Assembly (NCBI GenBank): GCA_001642005.1
Contig: LWCA01000155.1
Location: 1-45,910, forward strand
Length of the DNA: 45,910 bases
From: Intoshia linei
Lineage: Eukaryota > Animalia > Orthonectida
Direction of reading: 5' to 3'
Under the pieces are notes generated by a model. That model was not told where the DNA came from and ran no database searches. It saw only the letters and a program-made list of their open reading frames with translations. Made by a program: the position numbers and the translations under genes. Positions 1-13,000 of this stretch are shown piece by piece; the stretch's first letter is position 1; each line of letters begins with the position of its first letter.

Positions 1-480
1 ATGACATTAAAACACACATCTCCAAATGTGACAATTGTAACCTCAACAAATCCGAAAGAACACTACACCAACTTTACTTAAAAACATCGTATCAAACCAC
101 GTTAACCAAATATGGGAAATAAATATATTAGGACCACTACCCGAAACATTCAATGGAAACAAATAAATCCTCACCATTATGGACCACTACAGCAATTGGC
201 CAATCGCAGTAACCATACCTAATATCGAAACTACGACCATCGCACCTTATATGCTAATAAGTAATAACAACTCCCCTTATATGCATGCACGGCATCCCAG
301 AAACAATTCGAACAGATAGAGGCACACAATTCGAATCTACGTTAATCAGAGCCCTCTGTCAAGACTGTGGAATAAGCCAAAAATTCGACCAACTGGGACG
401 AAATCATACCATTTTTCTTTTTAAGCTATCGAAACAGCAAAAAACGAAAATCAATCCAAAGTAGTTTCCAGAACCAAATA
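1..480 (+). mobile_element. Decayed Ty3/gypsy-type integrase fragment
   Basis: Hand translation gives DRGTQFES (~316-340) and WDEIIPFFFLSYRNS (~395-440), typical of the rve integrase core; frames are broken. Confidence 0.6.
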
Positions 481-539
481 AATGAGCATAAGCTTAATAA
501 TGACCTTAAATACCACCATCTCATTAATGATTAAAAGTA

Positions 540-1050
540 AATATTTCAACTAATAATGATAATAATGATTTTTGCTTTGTGTACCGACAATGGAGACAAA
601 GGGGAAAATGCTGTTAGAACATATTTAAATAAAATTTTTGATATTTATAAATAAAAAAACAAAACTGTAATAATATGGTCTGATAGACCATATGGTGAAT
701 TTAAAAATAAATATCTTGTACAGATATTAAAAATTAAATATGTATGCAAGATTCAGTAGAGATTTTTTGCAACAAGCCATGGGAATGGTAGTTTTAATAG
801 AATTGGGGTACGAGTGAAGCATATCGTGCGAAAATCAGTAATGTCCAAAATACATGATGCCCCTATTGTCAATGATGCAATAACATTGGTTAGTATGGCT
901 CAGAGGTTATGTCAAAAAACCTTCATTGAAAAAGGTCGTGGAGTTAAAAAGTACAAATAGAACAAAACAATATTTGCTGGCATTGAAAAATGCAATGCAA
1001 TTGAAATCGATAAAAGTCTCCTAATATTAAAAGAACACACTGGAGAGCAT
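540..1050 (+). mobile_element. Decayed DNA-transposase fragment (WSD...FKN...FFATSHG type)
   Basis: Translates VIIWSDRPYGEFKNKY...RFFATSHGNGSFNRIG, resembling the SDG..QFKN..FATSHGKG.CDG.G motif of invertebrate DDE-like transposases; in-frame stops. Confidence 0.55.
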
Positions 1051-1485
1051 CCTTTCATTATATATCTAATATAATAAATTTATAAATAAATTTTACGTTT
1101 AAAATGTATGTATTAAAATTCTATATTATTTCTAAAAAGTTTAATTTGAATTTTTACACTATTATAACCACTAACCATAATTTAATTATTGGTAGTATCT
1201 ATCGACTTCATTCCTACTAAACTATTAAATAAATTAATTGTCTTCATTTATTTATAGATTCACAAAAATCTTCGATAAACTAACAGTGAACATTAAAAAG
1301 TGTTTTTTGTGAATTTCGAATGAATCACATTCTATGTTACAATTTAAGTATTGTAATTCGTTTCTCTCCAAACTAATGCTAATTAAAATATTTCAAATTT
1401 TTCTGTTGTCAATTTAAGGCTATTTCTGGACAATATATTATATTATTTTGTCATCTACATCTATTCTATCTGTTAATTTAATCAT

Positions 1486-2040
1486 TTGGGTGTTACAAGA
1501 ATGGGCTTGATAAAAAAATATTTAGACGTAAATTCTGAACCACGGTTAACTGATATACAAAATTTATTTAAAAAGGTTGATACAAAGACTGTCGACAATT
1601 TATTTTGTATGCAATGTTACTTTTACAAAATTAAATTTTGTTTAATTACACTACAAATTAGCAAAACATAAGAGTTTTATGCATATTTTCAGTATTGGAA
1701 GTTCAATTAAAACATAGAATGACTGCAACATCAATGGAAAAAGCAATTCTATCTGCCGACATACCTCTAAAAAATTAAATAACGTCAAGTTAAAAACAAT
1801 ATTTAAAAAAATGGGAATAAGTTTGCCATCTGAAAATATAAATGAAATTGATTCTTTGTATTTGAAAGAAATATAGAGAATAAAAAATTATTGTATTAAT
1901 AAATTAATCTTTATCATTATGGACGAAATATATTTAAATGGATATAAGCACATTAATACTATGATCGGAACATTAGAAAAACCTCAGAATGTTATATTAT
2001 AAGATCGTAAAAATACTCTTGATAATACAATTAATCATAA
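1486..2040 (+). mobile_element. Probable decayed DNA-transposase fragment
   Basis: CxxC in the 61-aa ORF and downstream IFIIMDE..NTMIGTL resembling the first catalytic strand of hAT-like transposases; multiple stops. Confidence 0.3.
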
Positions 2041-2600
2041 TTAAACAAACCAAAACAACGAAACTTTTTAAAATATAATATTAAAAAATATTTGATTTTG
2101 TAAGATCCAAATAATACACTTTTTATTCATCTTTATTAAGACTTGAATTAGAAATCGGAAACCTTTTAGATCTAGTGGACCACTTTTCTATTTTTTACAC
2201 GTGTATTAGAAATCGTAGATATGACTAACGGGTACTAAATTTAAAAAAAATTATGAAATTCTGCATTTATTATTATTATTTAAGACAACGCTGCGTGTTC
2301 TACAACAGAACTATCTAATAATGGCAATACAATTATGTTTAAAAATTTATATAACGGTGCCAGAGCCGACAAGGCCCCAGAAATATTATTATTATGGCGA
2401 ATAAGAGATTTCATCACTGTTCAAAAAAAAATTTAACGAAAAAACAGCACTACGTGAATTTTTTTTCCAAAAGTTAAATAAATTTGATTTGTAAGTTAAA
2501 TTTTTTTATTTTTATAAATTAAAAAAAAAATCGCCCTAACTATAACACTTACAGACACCAATCACTCCATAAAGATGACCTAAAGGCTAGTTTTAACTTC

Positions 2601-3063
2601 ATGGTAAGCAGCCTTAAAAAAGTTTGCATGGTAAATGATTCTAACACACTAATCCAAGGATTAGAATTATTAGCTACTCAAGAAATCCTCCACCGCTTAC
2701 CGAAACAGATACTTGATAAATTACGCTTCAATCAAGAATATATTTTAAAAATGGCTATGGTCATGCTGCAAAGTTACACTCCCATCAAAGACAGAATAGG
2801 GACAAGCAGATTAAGATGTTACAACTGCAACATGAATGGCCACAAATCCGATGAGTGCCATTCATCTAGAGGGGAAGTGTATCGAGTTGATATGGTAACA
2901 TATAATACAAAAGTTAAAGTTCTAATAATAAAAGCTGTTTTAAATTTTTCTGTTACTTTAATTAAACTTATTACGTTACAATTTATATCAAGAATTATTG
3001 AATGATCTAAAATTCATATACTAAATTATAATATCTTGTATAGTAATAAACATTCTAACAACA
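2601..3063 (+). mobile_element. Retrotransposon gag remnant with CCHC zinc knuckle followed by polypurine tract and LTR-like sequence
   Basis: CYNCNMNGHKSDEC = CX2CX4HX4C; purine run agaggggaag ~2868; 3' end aattataatatcttgtatagtaataaacatt..caaca shared with the LTR at 9829-9943. Confidence 0.65.
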
Positions 3064-4199
3064 CTACTATGAGAAAAAATTTGTAATGCGATGAAGAAAG
3101 TGATTATAAATCCTATGATAGTGATTGTAATCAGTATTCAATTAAAGATTCATTAACATCGGAATGGTATTGGTTCGAACTTGACATTTGGTTTAACCTA
3201 CAATTAGAAGGTGACTATTTGAATTATAAATTCAAGGATACAAGTATTATAAAAAGCAAATTTAGACAAGAGTTAATTAAATTAAATTCCGCTGATGCAA
3301 ACCAATGTGCGACGCTTATTTACGACAATATTCCAGCTACACAATCATCATATCAACAGACAGAAATGTACTTGGATTTGGGGACAAAAATCCCTTTACA
3401 AACAAAATAAGCAATGAGATGCTTATGATTATTAATAAAACAACTACTATTAATAATTAATTAACTATTATTAATAAACCAGATCATCATTTAAAAAACT
3501 TTAGTAAAGTGATAATGACAAGAGAGAGCTTTTAAAATATAAGTAATATCCGTGCCCGACCATTAACCAAACTATCATATGAATTGGTAGGCTCCAAACT
3601 AGCGAATGGAAAAAATGTAAATCTAATAGACACTCTTAAAAACTTAATGGCTTGTGACTTACAGCCCGATTCTGAAATTAGCATTAACCTTTATCAAATT
3701 GACAATATACTTACGTACTAAGGATCAGCTTCTTTATAGCTACAAGCAGTTATCAATCAGTCACAGATCACAAAGCAGTTTCACTGAATCGGTTAGGAGG
3801 CTGAACAATAGAAATATAATTTGAAAATGATTAAAGGTTACAAACCTCACAAGATTGAACACTGAAACCAATCTTTGTATGTCGAAATTATTCGTTTATA
3901 TAATGGAAATTGTTTCTCTTCCTTTCTTGAATGTTTTTAATATAACAAAAAAGAATTCAATGTTTGCAATAATTAAACAAGATTCACCCGACTTTTATAT
4001 AGTTTTAGATGATTTCAATAAACAAAATTAAACCCCTTCAAAAAACAAGAGATAATTAATAATTGTCGTATACCAACATTGAGCATCCCAAAAGCAAGCA
4101 TAAGTAAAATTTATTATTTTCACCATATTAATATTAAATTGAATTTTAACAAATATTGTTTATTTATTGTAAAGCATAGCATTTGCATATTCTTTCAAA

Positions 4200-5520
4200 A
4201 CTATAGAAGATAGAAACGATATCCTAAACGATTTTTTTAAATGGGACATTGATATGCTCTGAGAGAAAGAAAAGATTCAGAATATAGAAAAAGTCAGAAC
4301 ATTTTATCATTGCAAATGGTGAATTATTTTTTAAGAACGGTTAATTTATTCAATGTAAAAGTATAATTGAATTATGTATAAAATCAAATACTTAAGGTGA
4401 TATGCGACGATGAAGTAGATTTGAATGTGGAATACATTAAAGATATGCATATTATGTGGCACTGTGGAGTTGTGAAAGTATTGATATTTTTTATTTATAT
4501 AATTTTGTTTAGACTAATCAAAAGTCAGATACATTTTATTATAATATAAAAAAGGAAGACATAGCAAACTACATTGCTAAATACCCACAGTGTCAAAAAA
4601 GTAAAACTTTGAATACTGTCCAAAATGTCAGGCCTATTATATCAACACGTATATATGAACGGTACATAGCTGACTGTATAAGACTTTTAGAGTATGAGGA
4701 AGTGAATCGTGGCTTCAAATATATATTGAATGTCATTGACTGCTATTCAAAACATATGTGGGGAGCTAAATTAAAAAATAAGTGCAATATAAATAATATC
4801 CAAATTTAAAAAAATATTTTTACAATTTGAACCGCCAAAAATATTGCATACAGACATCGGAAGAAAATTCAAAAACTCTGAAGTTAAAGGCTTATGCAGT
4901 AAAATGATGATTCGTATCGTTCACGGTAGGCCACGGCATCCACAGTCACAAGGACGCATTGAACGGTTTATTTTAAAATATATTTTTTTATTATTATTTA
5001 GTGCAAATCAGACTGTGAAACGGTAGATATCTAAAACAATTGATGATGGTAAAAAGTAGATAGATATGCTACCACATATTGTACACACATATAATACCAT
5101 TATTCACAGGGCGACACAAAAAACTCTATTTTCTGTTTTTATGGGTTGCTCTGGTTTAATACGTATTAATAATGTGTAATAATATAAATCAATTTTAAGA
5201 TTTACATCAAACGTGGAATAACATGATGGCGAGTCCACAAGTTACATAATAAATATGGTTCGGAATGCGAATGCAAATATAACAAAATTTGATATTGGTA
5301 TACATTCATATTAATAAATTCATGACTATATATTTGTAAGAGACCAAATAAGGTTACGAAAGAATTAGACACAAATGTTAAAACAAAAAAGAGCTTTTTA
5401 TTTACAGTTTTCTAACAAAATTGACATTATTTTAACAAGAAACGTAATAGCTATACAATTGAAAATGAAGAAACTAATGAAATAAAGAATGTTACTGTAA
5501 ACCAAATAAAAATGATTACC
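4200..5520 (+). mobile_element. Ginger/KRBA2-SCAND3-like integrase pseudogene containing small introns
   Basis: HCGVVK...CQK zinc-binding region, RPIISTRIYERYIAD, YILNVIDCYSK, HTDIGRKF, HGRPRHPQSQGRIER|ANQTVKR. Short GT-AG introns (e.g. ~4478-4512, ~4965-5001) restore the frame; stops present. Confidence 0.7.
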
Positions 5521-5939
5521 TAAAATTTTATTTTTAAAAGCTAATTCACAATTGTGTATTTTTTACATGCTCTATTTATAATAATTTCCACCATAAAACT
5601 AAGTTCAATTAAATATATTATCACCGACTGTACTCTTTAGTCTTTATTTAATTTTTATTTACAATTATGTTTCCATTAAAAAACAGTTTAGACTGAAATA
5701 TTAAAATTTAATTTGTTATTCACAAATGGACTAAAAATGTTCGATCGCGTTTATATTTATTTAAAATTTAAGTCAATTGAAGATGGAATTTGTCCCTATA
5801 AACCCAAGTTAAGAATGCAAATCTGCAGAACCAACAAATATAACAAAAAAAAGCATTTTATAGTGTTTACACCAGATTTAATTAACAGAGTTTAATTAAT
5901 ATTATAATAATTCCATACCATCCAAGTCTCTCGAATTTT

Positions 5940-6210
5940 CGGTTTCAATATATCATTATAAGGATTCTGTTGGTAATCATTGCTTCAGAAATATTTCCAA
6001 ATTTTCTCTGAAATTATTATGTTTACCAATCAGCAATGCCACCGTTGAGCGGGTATTCTCAAAAGCTAGCTAGATTAAGTATCCACGGAGAAACATAATG
6101 GGAATTGAAATTTTAATATCTCTTATTAAGATAAAAAATAATCTGGAAGGTTTAGGACTAACTTGTGATAATTATCAATCTCTAAAAGAAATGACTAATT
6201 ATGATTAATC
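5940..6210 (+). mobile_element. hAT transposase C-terminal dimerization-domain remnant
   Basis: FRNISKFSLKLLCLPISNATVERVFSK..IKYPRRNIM matches the LP.SNA.VER.FS..K...RN hAT signature. Confidence 0.7.
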
Positions 6211-9020
6211 AATATATGAAAGGCATCAATCTAATGATCCCAACTCAGAAATTGATTATAACCATTATTATAAAATTGTAACTTAAAGATAATTTAAATT
6301 ATTAAATCGTAAATTCCAAACAATCTTCTGATTCTTGTAGTCACCACAATTTAACAATTTCCTATGGAAAAATTTATCGATAAACCTCACCAATTGATCA
6401 ATTTAAATGAAAATTTAAACCAAAGCCCACAGGAGTGGATTAAAGATTTTGAACAATTTTTATTAATTATAGAAAATGAATATAATCACAAATATGATAA
6501 ATCAAAAGCAAACCTTTTGACTTATTTATTGGGCAAAAGAGCAAGAAATCGTCTTGATTGCAGTTATATTAAGAATAGCCTTAAAAAAGAAATTAAATAG
6601 GTAATTATATTAATAATCCCTCCTGAATCTATTCACACAGATATGGGTCATCAGTTTGAAAGCAAATTAGTGAAGGAACTCTTTAAGACATTGGATATTA
6701 ATAAAACTGAATCAAAACCATACAGACACAGAGAGAATGGAATAATTGAAAAGATAAATAAAACCTTACGGGAAAAATTACGTATTTGCACTAAAAATAA
6801 ATTTAATGATTGGCATTCACATTTAACCAAAATTTTAATATCTCTCAGATTCTTGCCCAATGAGCGTAATAATAAATCTCCTTTGTAAATAGTATACGGC
6901 AACCAGAACATATTATCCAATTCTAAACAATTTAAAAACTCTCGTACTGATTATAAGAAAAACTATCTCATCGAAACAAATACTTGAAGCGCTTACAACG
7001 TAATTACAACAATAAAATACCTAAATCCGGTACAGATCACGAATTATTTTTTATTCCAAACTTACCTATCAAATCAAAAGAATTGGAAAAAGATCCAGTT
7101 AATAGTAAAACCTGTATTCAATTTTGTCGCCAGTAATATATATACAATACAATAATAAATATAAAGCAGACAAAAAAATCCTAAAGCTTTTAAATGATTT
7201 GATTGTGGGACGATCGGCCATACCTCTCGAAATTGCAAAAAGCAAGTGACTCGAGCAATTTAACAATCCAATCAAAAGCAGATTGAAGAAGAAATTCATG
7301 CTGTCGATGGAACTGAGAAGGTAATAATAAAGTTTGTGGTTGCACGAATTCACAAGTAAACTGTTTAAATGTTGAAGTATTTAAAAAAATAAAGGGTCTA
7401 TAAACTAAAATGTGCTGATGTATTGGTCAAAGTCATTGTATAAGGTCAGCTGATGGCTCACCAATTAATGTATTTGGGGTTTTCCAATTAAATATTGTGA
7501 ACGGGAATTCAATTAAAGTTTAAGTTATCAATACTCATAATTTATTAGGCTATACGGATGCTATCAAGCTTGGAATTGTCCAATATACAAGGCAAAATAT
7601 AATATCGAATGAATTCCCATATAATTTAATTATTAATGAGTATAATGATGTAATATCCAATAAACCTGGTCTGATCAATAAAATTGTTCATAAAATAAAT
7701 TTAATTCCCAATCATGACTTATAATCTGCTAAATCGTTCAATGTTGAAATTTAATCAAATTGAAAAAATTACCAATACATTTTGTTCTAATTACTTTCTA
7801 ATAAAAAAGAAAGATGAAAAAAGTCGTATAGTCGTAGATTATCGTATATTACGACAGGTACCCAGCACTCGATTTAAATACATGTTTGAATAAATTAGAA
7901 GGGAAATCTATCTTTTCAACGTTGGATCTCACCAATAGTTTTTGGCATTTAAAAAATATCACCGTGTATTTAAATGACATAATTATAGCGTCTTTATGAT
8001 TATATGAACAAACTAGATTTTCGATTTAAGTTTTTGCGTAAAGCTAAATTAACAGTTAAACCAAAAAAATGTCAATTTGGAAAATCAAGTATTAATATTT
8101 TGGGTCATGGTAATTGATAATAATGGAGTTAAAGTTGATGAATCAAAAATAAATGCAATTTCAGATAGAAGTTCCAACAAACAATTAAACGAATTCGAAG
8201 CTATTTAGGAGTTTGTAATTTTTATCGAAGGTTTATATCAAACTTTTCAGAGATAACAGAGCCATTGCATAGAGTGTTTAAAGGAAAAACGTCTTATTTC
8301 GAATGATGAATTACAAAAATCTTTTGAATCAGAGATTACCTTTGCTCTCTGCTCCAATATTGACATTACTTAAATCTGGTGTAGATTATCAATTGGAGTG
8401 TGATGCATCTAACGTTGATATTGGTGCCGTCCTCTTATAGAATGGGAAGATCATTGATTATTATAGTAAGCTATTATCAAATAAGGAACGTAGATATAGT
8501 ACAACACAGAAAGATTTTTTAACAATGGTCAAAAGTATGTTGATGCTTAAATGATATTTAATAGGTCGCTTATTTATTGTAATTACCGACCATCGCCCTT
8601 TAATTGGCTTACGTGATTCCAAAAATATACCGGATAAGCTTATTCGGTGGTTAATGAAAATCGAAGATTTTGAGTATAAAATTGAATATAGACCCGGTTA
8701 TAAAAATTTTATCTCGTTCTGCGAAAATTCGAGAAATACGATTTAATAAGGTATCACCCTTAACGATTCAAATGAATGATACAGATATTGCGAATGTTTT
8801 GAATAATATTAATGATATATCTCATACTAACCCTTTGAGGAATACATTAAACATACATATCACGAAATTTATATATTCCACCATTTTCTAAAGGGTGTTT
8901 TACATTAATTTTGTAATTAAAATGATTGCATTTTTATCTTTTGATATATTTTACCATATTGTGTCAATTCCTCAAAGATGTAATGATGAAATAAGCAAAT
9001 TTCACGTTTTACATATACAC

Positions 9021-9466
9021 TAGGGTGTCCACTTTTTTTATCAAAAAAAGCTATTTTGTCTGTATGTTCTGTAATGTTAATAAAGTACATACTTTATTCT
9101 CATTATCAACACACACATTATCACTAAAATCGAATCAAATCACACATTAAAATCGAATTAAATAATTTATTATAGGTTAACTTAATTAATTATTATTTAA
9201 TTCAATAAATATTATAGATCACTTATCTGTTACATTACATGTTCATTTTTTATTTTTAAATAACATTATCAAAAAGAAATGAAATCGGTTAATATTGAAA
9301 ATATTACCCTATGTTTGACAAAAGTCAGGTAAACGATGACCGATGACCGTAAATATTAACCGATTTCATTTCTTTTTGGTAATGTTGTTTAAAAATAACA
9401 AATGAACATACAGACAAAATGGCTTTTCTTAGCTTCAAAAAAAAGTATCAAAAGTGGATACCCTAA
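9021..9466. mobile_element. MITE with terminal and internal inverted repeats inserted in the gypsy element
   Basis: tagggtgtccactttt ... aaaagtggatacccta; subterminal ttttgtctgtatgttc/gaacatacagacaaaa; internal ~58-bp IR 9239-9296 / 9352-9409. Confidence 0.75.
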
Positions 9467-9828
9467 TATACACGTATTTATATAAGTAAATTTCAAACGA
9501 ATCGTACATAAATGTATTCAAAATTTTTTAAATATTGAACCGAGAATAAATAGAGAAACTCTCATAATTAACTGCATTCAACATAAACATCAGTAGAAAA
9601 CATGCTATGATAGGAAAATTCCCAATATTGAAAAGTACCACTACAAAACATAAAAAACTTTTCTATCAAAACTAAACAACAATTACCTTATATTCAAAGG
9701 AACAAAAATAAATCAAAACTATTAATACATACGAAACCCATTACATCAATTCCTTTGAATTATCAACGTCATCGCAAACTACCCAAGAAATTTAATGATT
9801 GTGTCTCTCCGTTGGTGGGAGGAGTCAC

Positions 9829-9943
9829 GTGTTAACCATACCTAATTATATAATAAACTTAGTAACTTGATAATTATCCAATTATTGAAAGATCCAAGAT
9901 ACAAAATTATAATATATTGTATAGTAATAAACATTTTACAACA
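9829..9943 (+). repeat. Short 3' LTR
   Basis: TGTTAACC...ACAACA directly after a polypurine tract, contains aataaa; related copy ends at ~3063. Confidence 0.6.
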
Positions 9944-10035
9944 TTACTCCCAGTGATATAGAAAAATCAACTGCTACATTTTAATTGAACGGACTCGGGT
10001 GAGTCCGAAACTAATAGATTCATAAAAATACAAAC

Positions 10036-13000
10036 CATTTTAATTGCTTCTTTCACATTGCCATAATGTAAATTGGTTAAAAATCGGTTTTCTACGCACA
10101 CAAGTTGTAAATGCACCCTTAAAGGTATACAGCAACATTCTAAATGTGTAATGTATACAATTCACAATAATATATATAATATGTAATAGTCATCTTTAGA
10201 GAATGAAATGTAATATTGAAATATTTTACTTGAAATTTTCTTTGAAAATTTAAAAGTATCTTGTATCATTCTAATAGCATTTTTTGGGTTACCTTTGAGT
10301 AAACAATAGCAAGTGGTTATCTAAACTATATTTAAATGTTATTCGTTATATTTACGGTATATAATTAGAAATTCAACCAATTTCGCAATAATTTTTATAT
10401 AGATGATAAAACTTAAAATTTCAGAAGTAACTACTAAAAAATAATCTCATAAATATAATAGTAACTTAAATTTTACAACCATTATACTTAAAATATAGTA
10501 AACTAACATTCAAAGAAGGTGTATATCCTAACTTATATAAAGGCTACACAATTTTTGTTTGTGTACGTGTGTTCCACTTCATTGAAATAACACTTTATTA
10601 CATTAAAATAAATAAATTAAATATTTGTTAATATTTTATTTAATTTTGATTAATTAATTATTAATTAACTAACCAAAGAAACATTAGAATATATTTCTGG
10701 TAAGGTCATCCATGAAATATATTGATTTCCTAAATTTTTTTTAATTAAGACATTACTGTGATAATAAACTTACATAATGCAATTTGATTAGTATTTACTA
10801 TTATAAAAAATTTATATTGCACAATGTCAGCCCACTACAATGAAATTACGGTGTTTACTGTTTCGAAAATTGGCTAATGCAGAATAAAGAATGGTAAGGA
10901 TTTTACCCAATTTTGTCATCTAAAAAGTATAATTAAAACATGCACAAAAATAAGGGTTTAAAATGTTATTGAAACAATTATATCAAAATATTTTTCAGCT
11001 AAATAAATTCTAAAAAAAAAAGCAGCTACATTTTTAAGTTAATTTTGTCGTCCAAGGGAAAATTATTTTATAATAAATATAACAGTAACCTAATAGCCTA
11101 ACTGCTAACCATAACTTGAATATTATTAGTATCATGTGGTAATATGTATGTAATATAAATGGTTTAAAATTTTTGCCCTTACAAATAATACAAGTCTTTC
11201 ATTATCCATATTAAAAAACAGAAAAAAACTAAATAATATAAATTGAAAACAAATAGTATAAAAAAAACAACTTTCAATTAAAGCAACATCTCACAATTTC
11301 AAGTCAAGAAATTAGTCCAATTTTTGAAAGTCTAGACTCCAGGCAAGTAAAGTATGAATATTATTCATTCAACAATAATATATACATCAATAATTGAAAC
11401 TTACATTTCCTTTGTAATAAATATGTATCGCTTTGATTAAATAATGGAAAATAATTAGAGAATAATCCTGGCTATTTATAAAACATGGTGTAAATTCAAG
11501 ATATGATCCATTTGAAAAATCATCAATTAATTTGTCAAGAATATTTGTTGAATAGAATATAATTGTAGTCTAATTATAATATTAATATAAACTTAAATAA
11601 GTTGTGTTTTTTACGATATATGATGTTTCCAAGTAATTATGTATTATATAATTTCCAAATTTCCACCCCAGAAATCCATCATTTCCCGGTGAAAAGTAAT
11701 TTTTAATATATTATTAACCAATATTTTTCAAGTATTTCGATTAAAATAAAAATGTAAATATTGATCCTAAAATTTCGAAAAACATTAGGGTGTCACATTT
11801 TTTGGAGTTCATTCAGGGATATTTCATTGTCATTAGATGAAGTTATTGTATATTCTTTAATATATGTGGAGTGGTTCCCAAATTTGTTTCAGGTGAGACC
11901 ATCATATCACATTACTTTTTACTTTAAAGTGAATTATTCCATCTCAATTTTTTGTTTGTTAACATTTGCATAAAGAATTTTAAAAACAATTGTCATTCCA
12001 TTTTTTTAATTTATTAGATAGAATGTGTATAATATTAAAAATAAAGTAAAAACAGTTCAATCCTAAAAATTGTCGTAAATAGCATAAATTCGAGAAAAAA
12101 TAAAATTATAATAAACCTATTTTGTCATTTTCAATGTAATGATATATATTCAGTACCAATTTAATAAATACTTAATGTTAATTATGTATCAATAATTAAT
12201 TGAATCTTCACTTTATAAACATATTTTAATCGAATTTTACCAAATTTCCAATGGATTGTAATAAAAATAAAAATGACATTAACAAAGTTGTTTTAGTTTC
12301 GTTGTTTAGTTTCTATTTAAATTTTATTCAAAATATTTTGAAAATGATAATTTGAAATTTAAAAATTGAGTAGCAATAAAAAAAATTCCGAAGGAATGAA
12401 TTATATAAATTTTCACCCATATTTCTTTATTGAAAATGTGTAGAGGTTCACTGCACATTTTTTGAAATTGTTAGGATCAATATTTCCAAACTACATTAAA
12501 ATTCTATTAAAACAAAAATGTGAAATAATTAACAATCCGATAATTAAAAAAAAATGATTCTGATATGAATTACATAAAGTATATCGCCATTGTTATAAAA
12601 TAATATCAATGTACCATAATGGAAAGTAAATAGAAATAATTCAAAATAATATCATTGGATTCCAAAGTTTTTGCAAATTTTACACCATTTGAGATCCAAT
12701 AACAGCAATTGTCAACATTTTGAGTTAAATAAGATATTTTCTAATTTATAAGTACATAAATTTTAATTTTATATTGTTAATATATTACAGATCAGGTTCC
12801 CAAAAAAATTAACGTCGAGATCCTGAAATGGGTGAATTGTGGAATTTACATAAAAGATTATTGGTGAGCAGTAATATTTTAATGTAAATTAGGGAAAAGG
12901 AACTGTTAGTGGTGTTACCTTTAAAAAAGCAGTTAGGTGATGAGAATGCTGTATGGTTGTTTTGTGGGTGTTACAAAAATAGTAAATTTGGTGAAGCGTC

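Larger units (their letters stand above)
6364..9943 (+). mobile_element. Decayed Ty3/gypsy LTR retrotransposon (gag, integrase, protease, RT, RNase H fragments, PPT, 3' LTR)
   Basis: gag-like PQEWIKDFEQF (6364-6600); integrase HTDMGHQFES..ENGIIEKINKTL (6630-6900); protease-like SADGSPINVFG..NLLG (~7440-7580); RT VVDYR, FSTLDLTNSFWH, YLND (~7830-7985); RNase H CDASNVDIGAVL, TDHRPL, IEYRPG (~8395-8700); PPT ggtgggaggag ~9814 then TG...CA LTR. Confidence 0.85.

Noticed and set aside
9989-10007. Perfect hairpin cggactc-gggt-gagtccg
   Set aside because: Isolated 7-bp stem with no supporting context; reading it as a terminal MAU2 exon would need a 25-nt intron.
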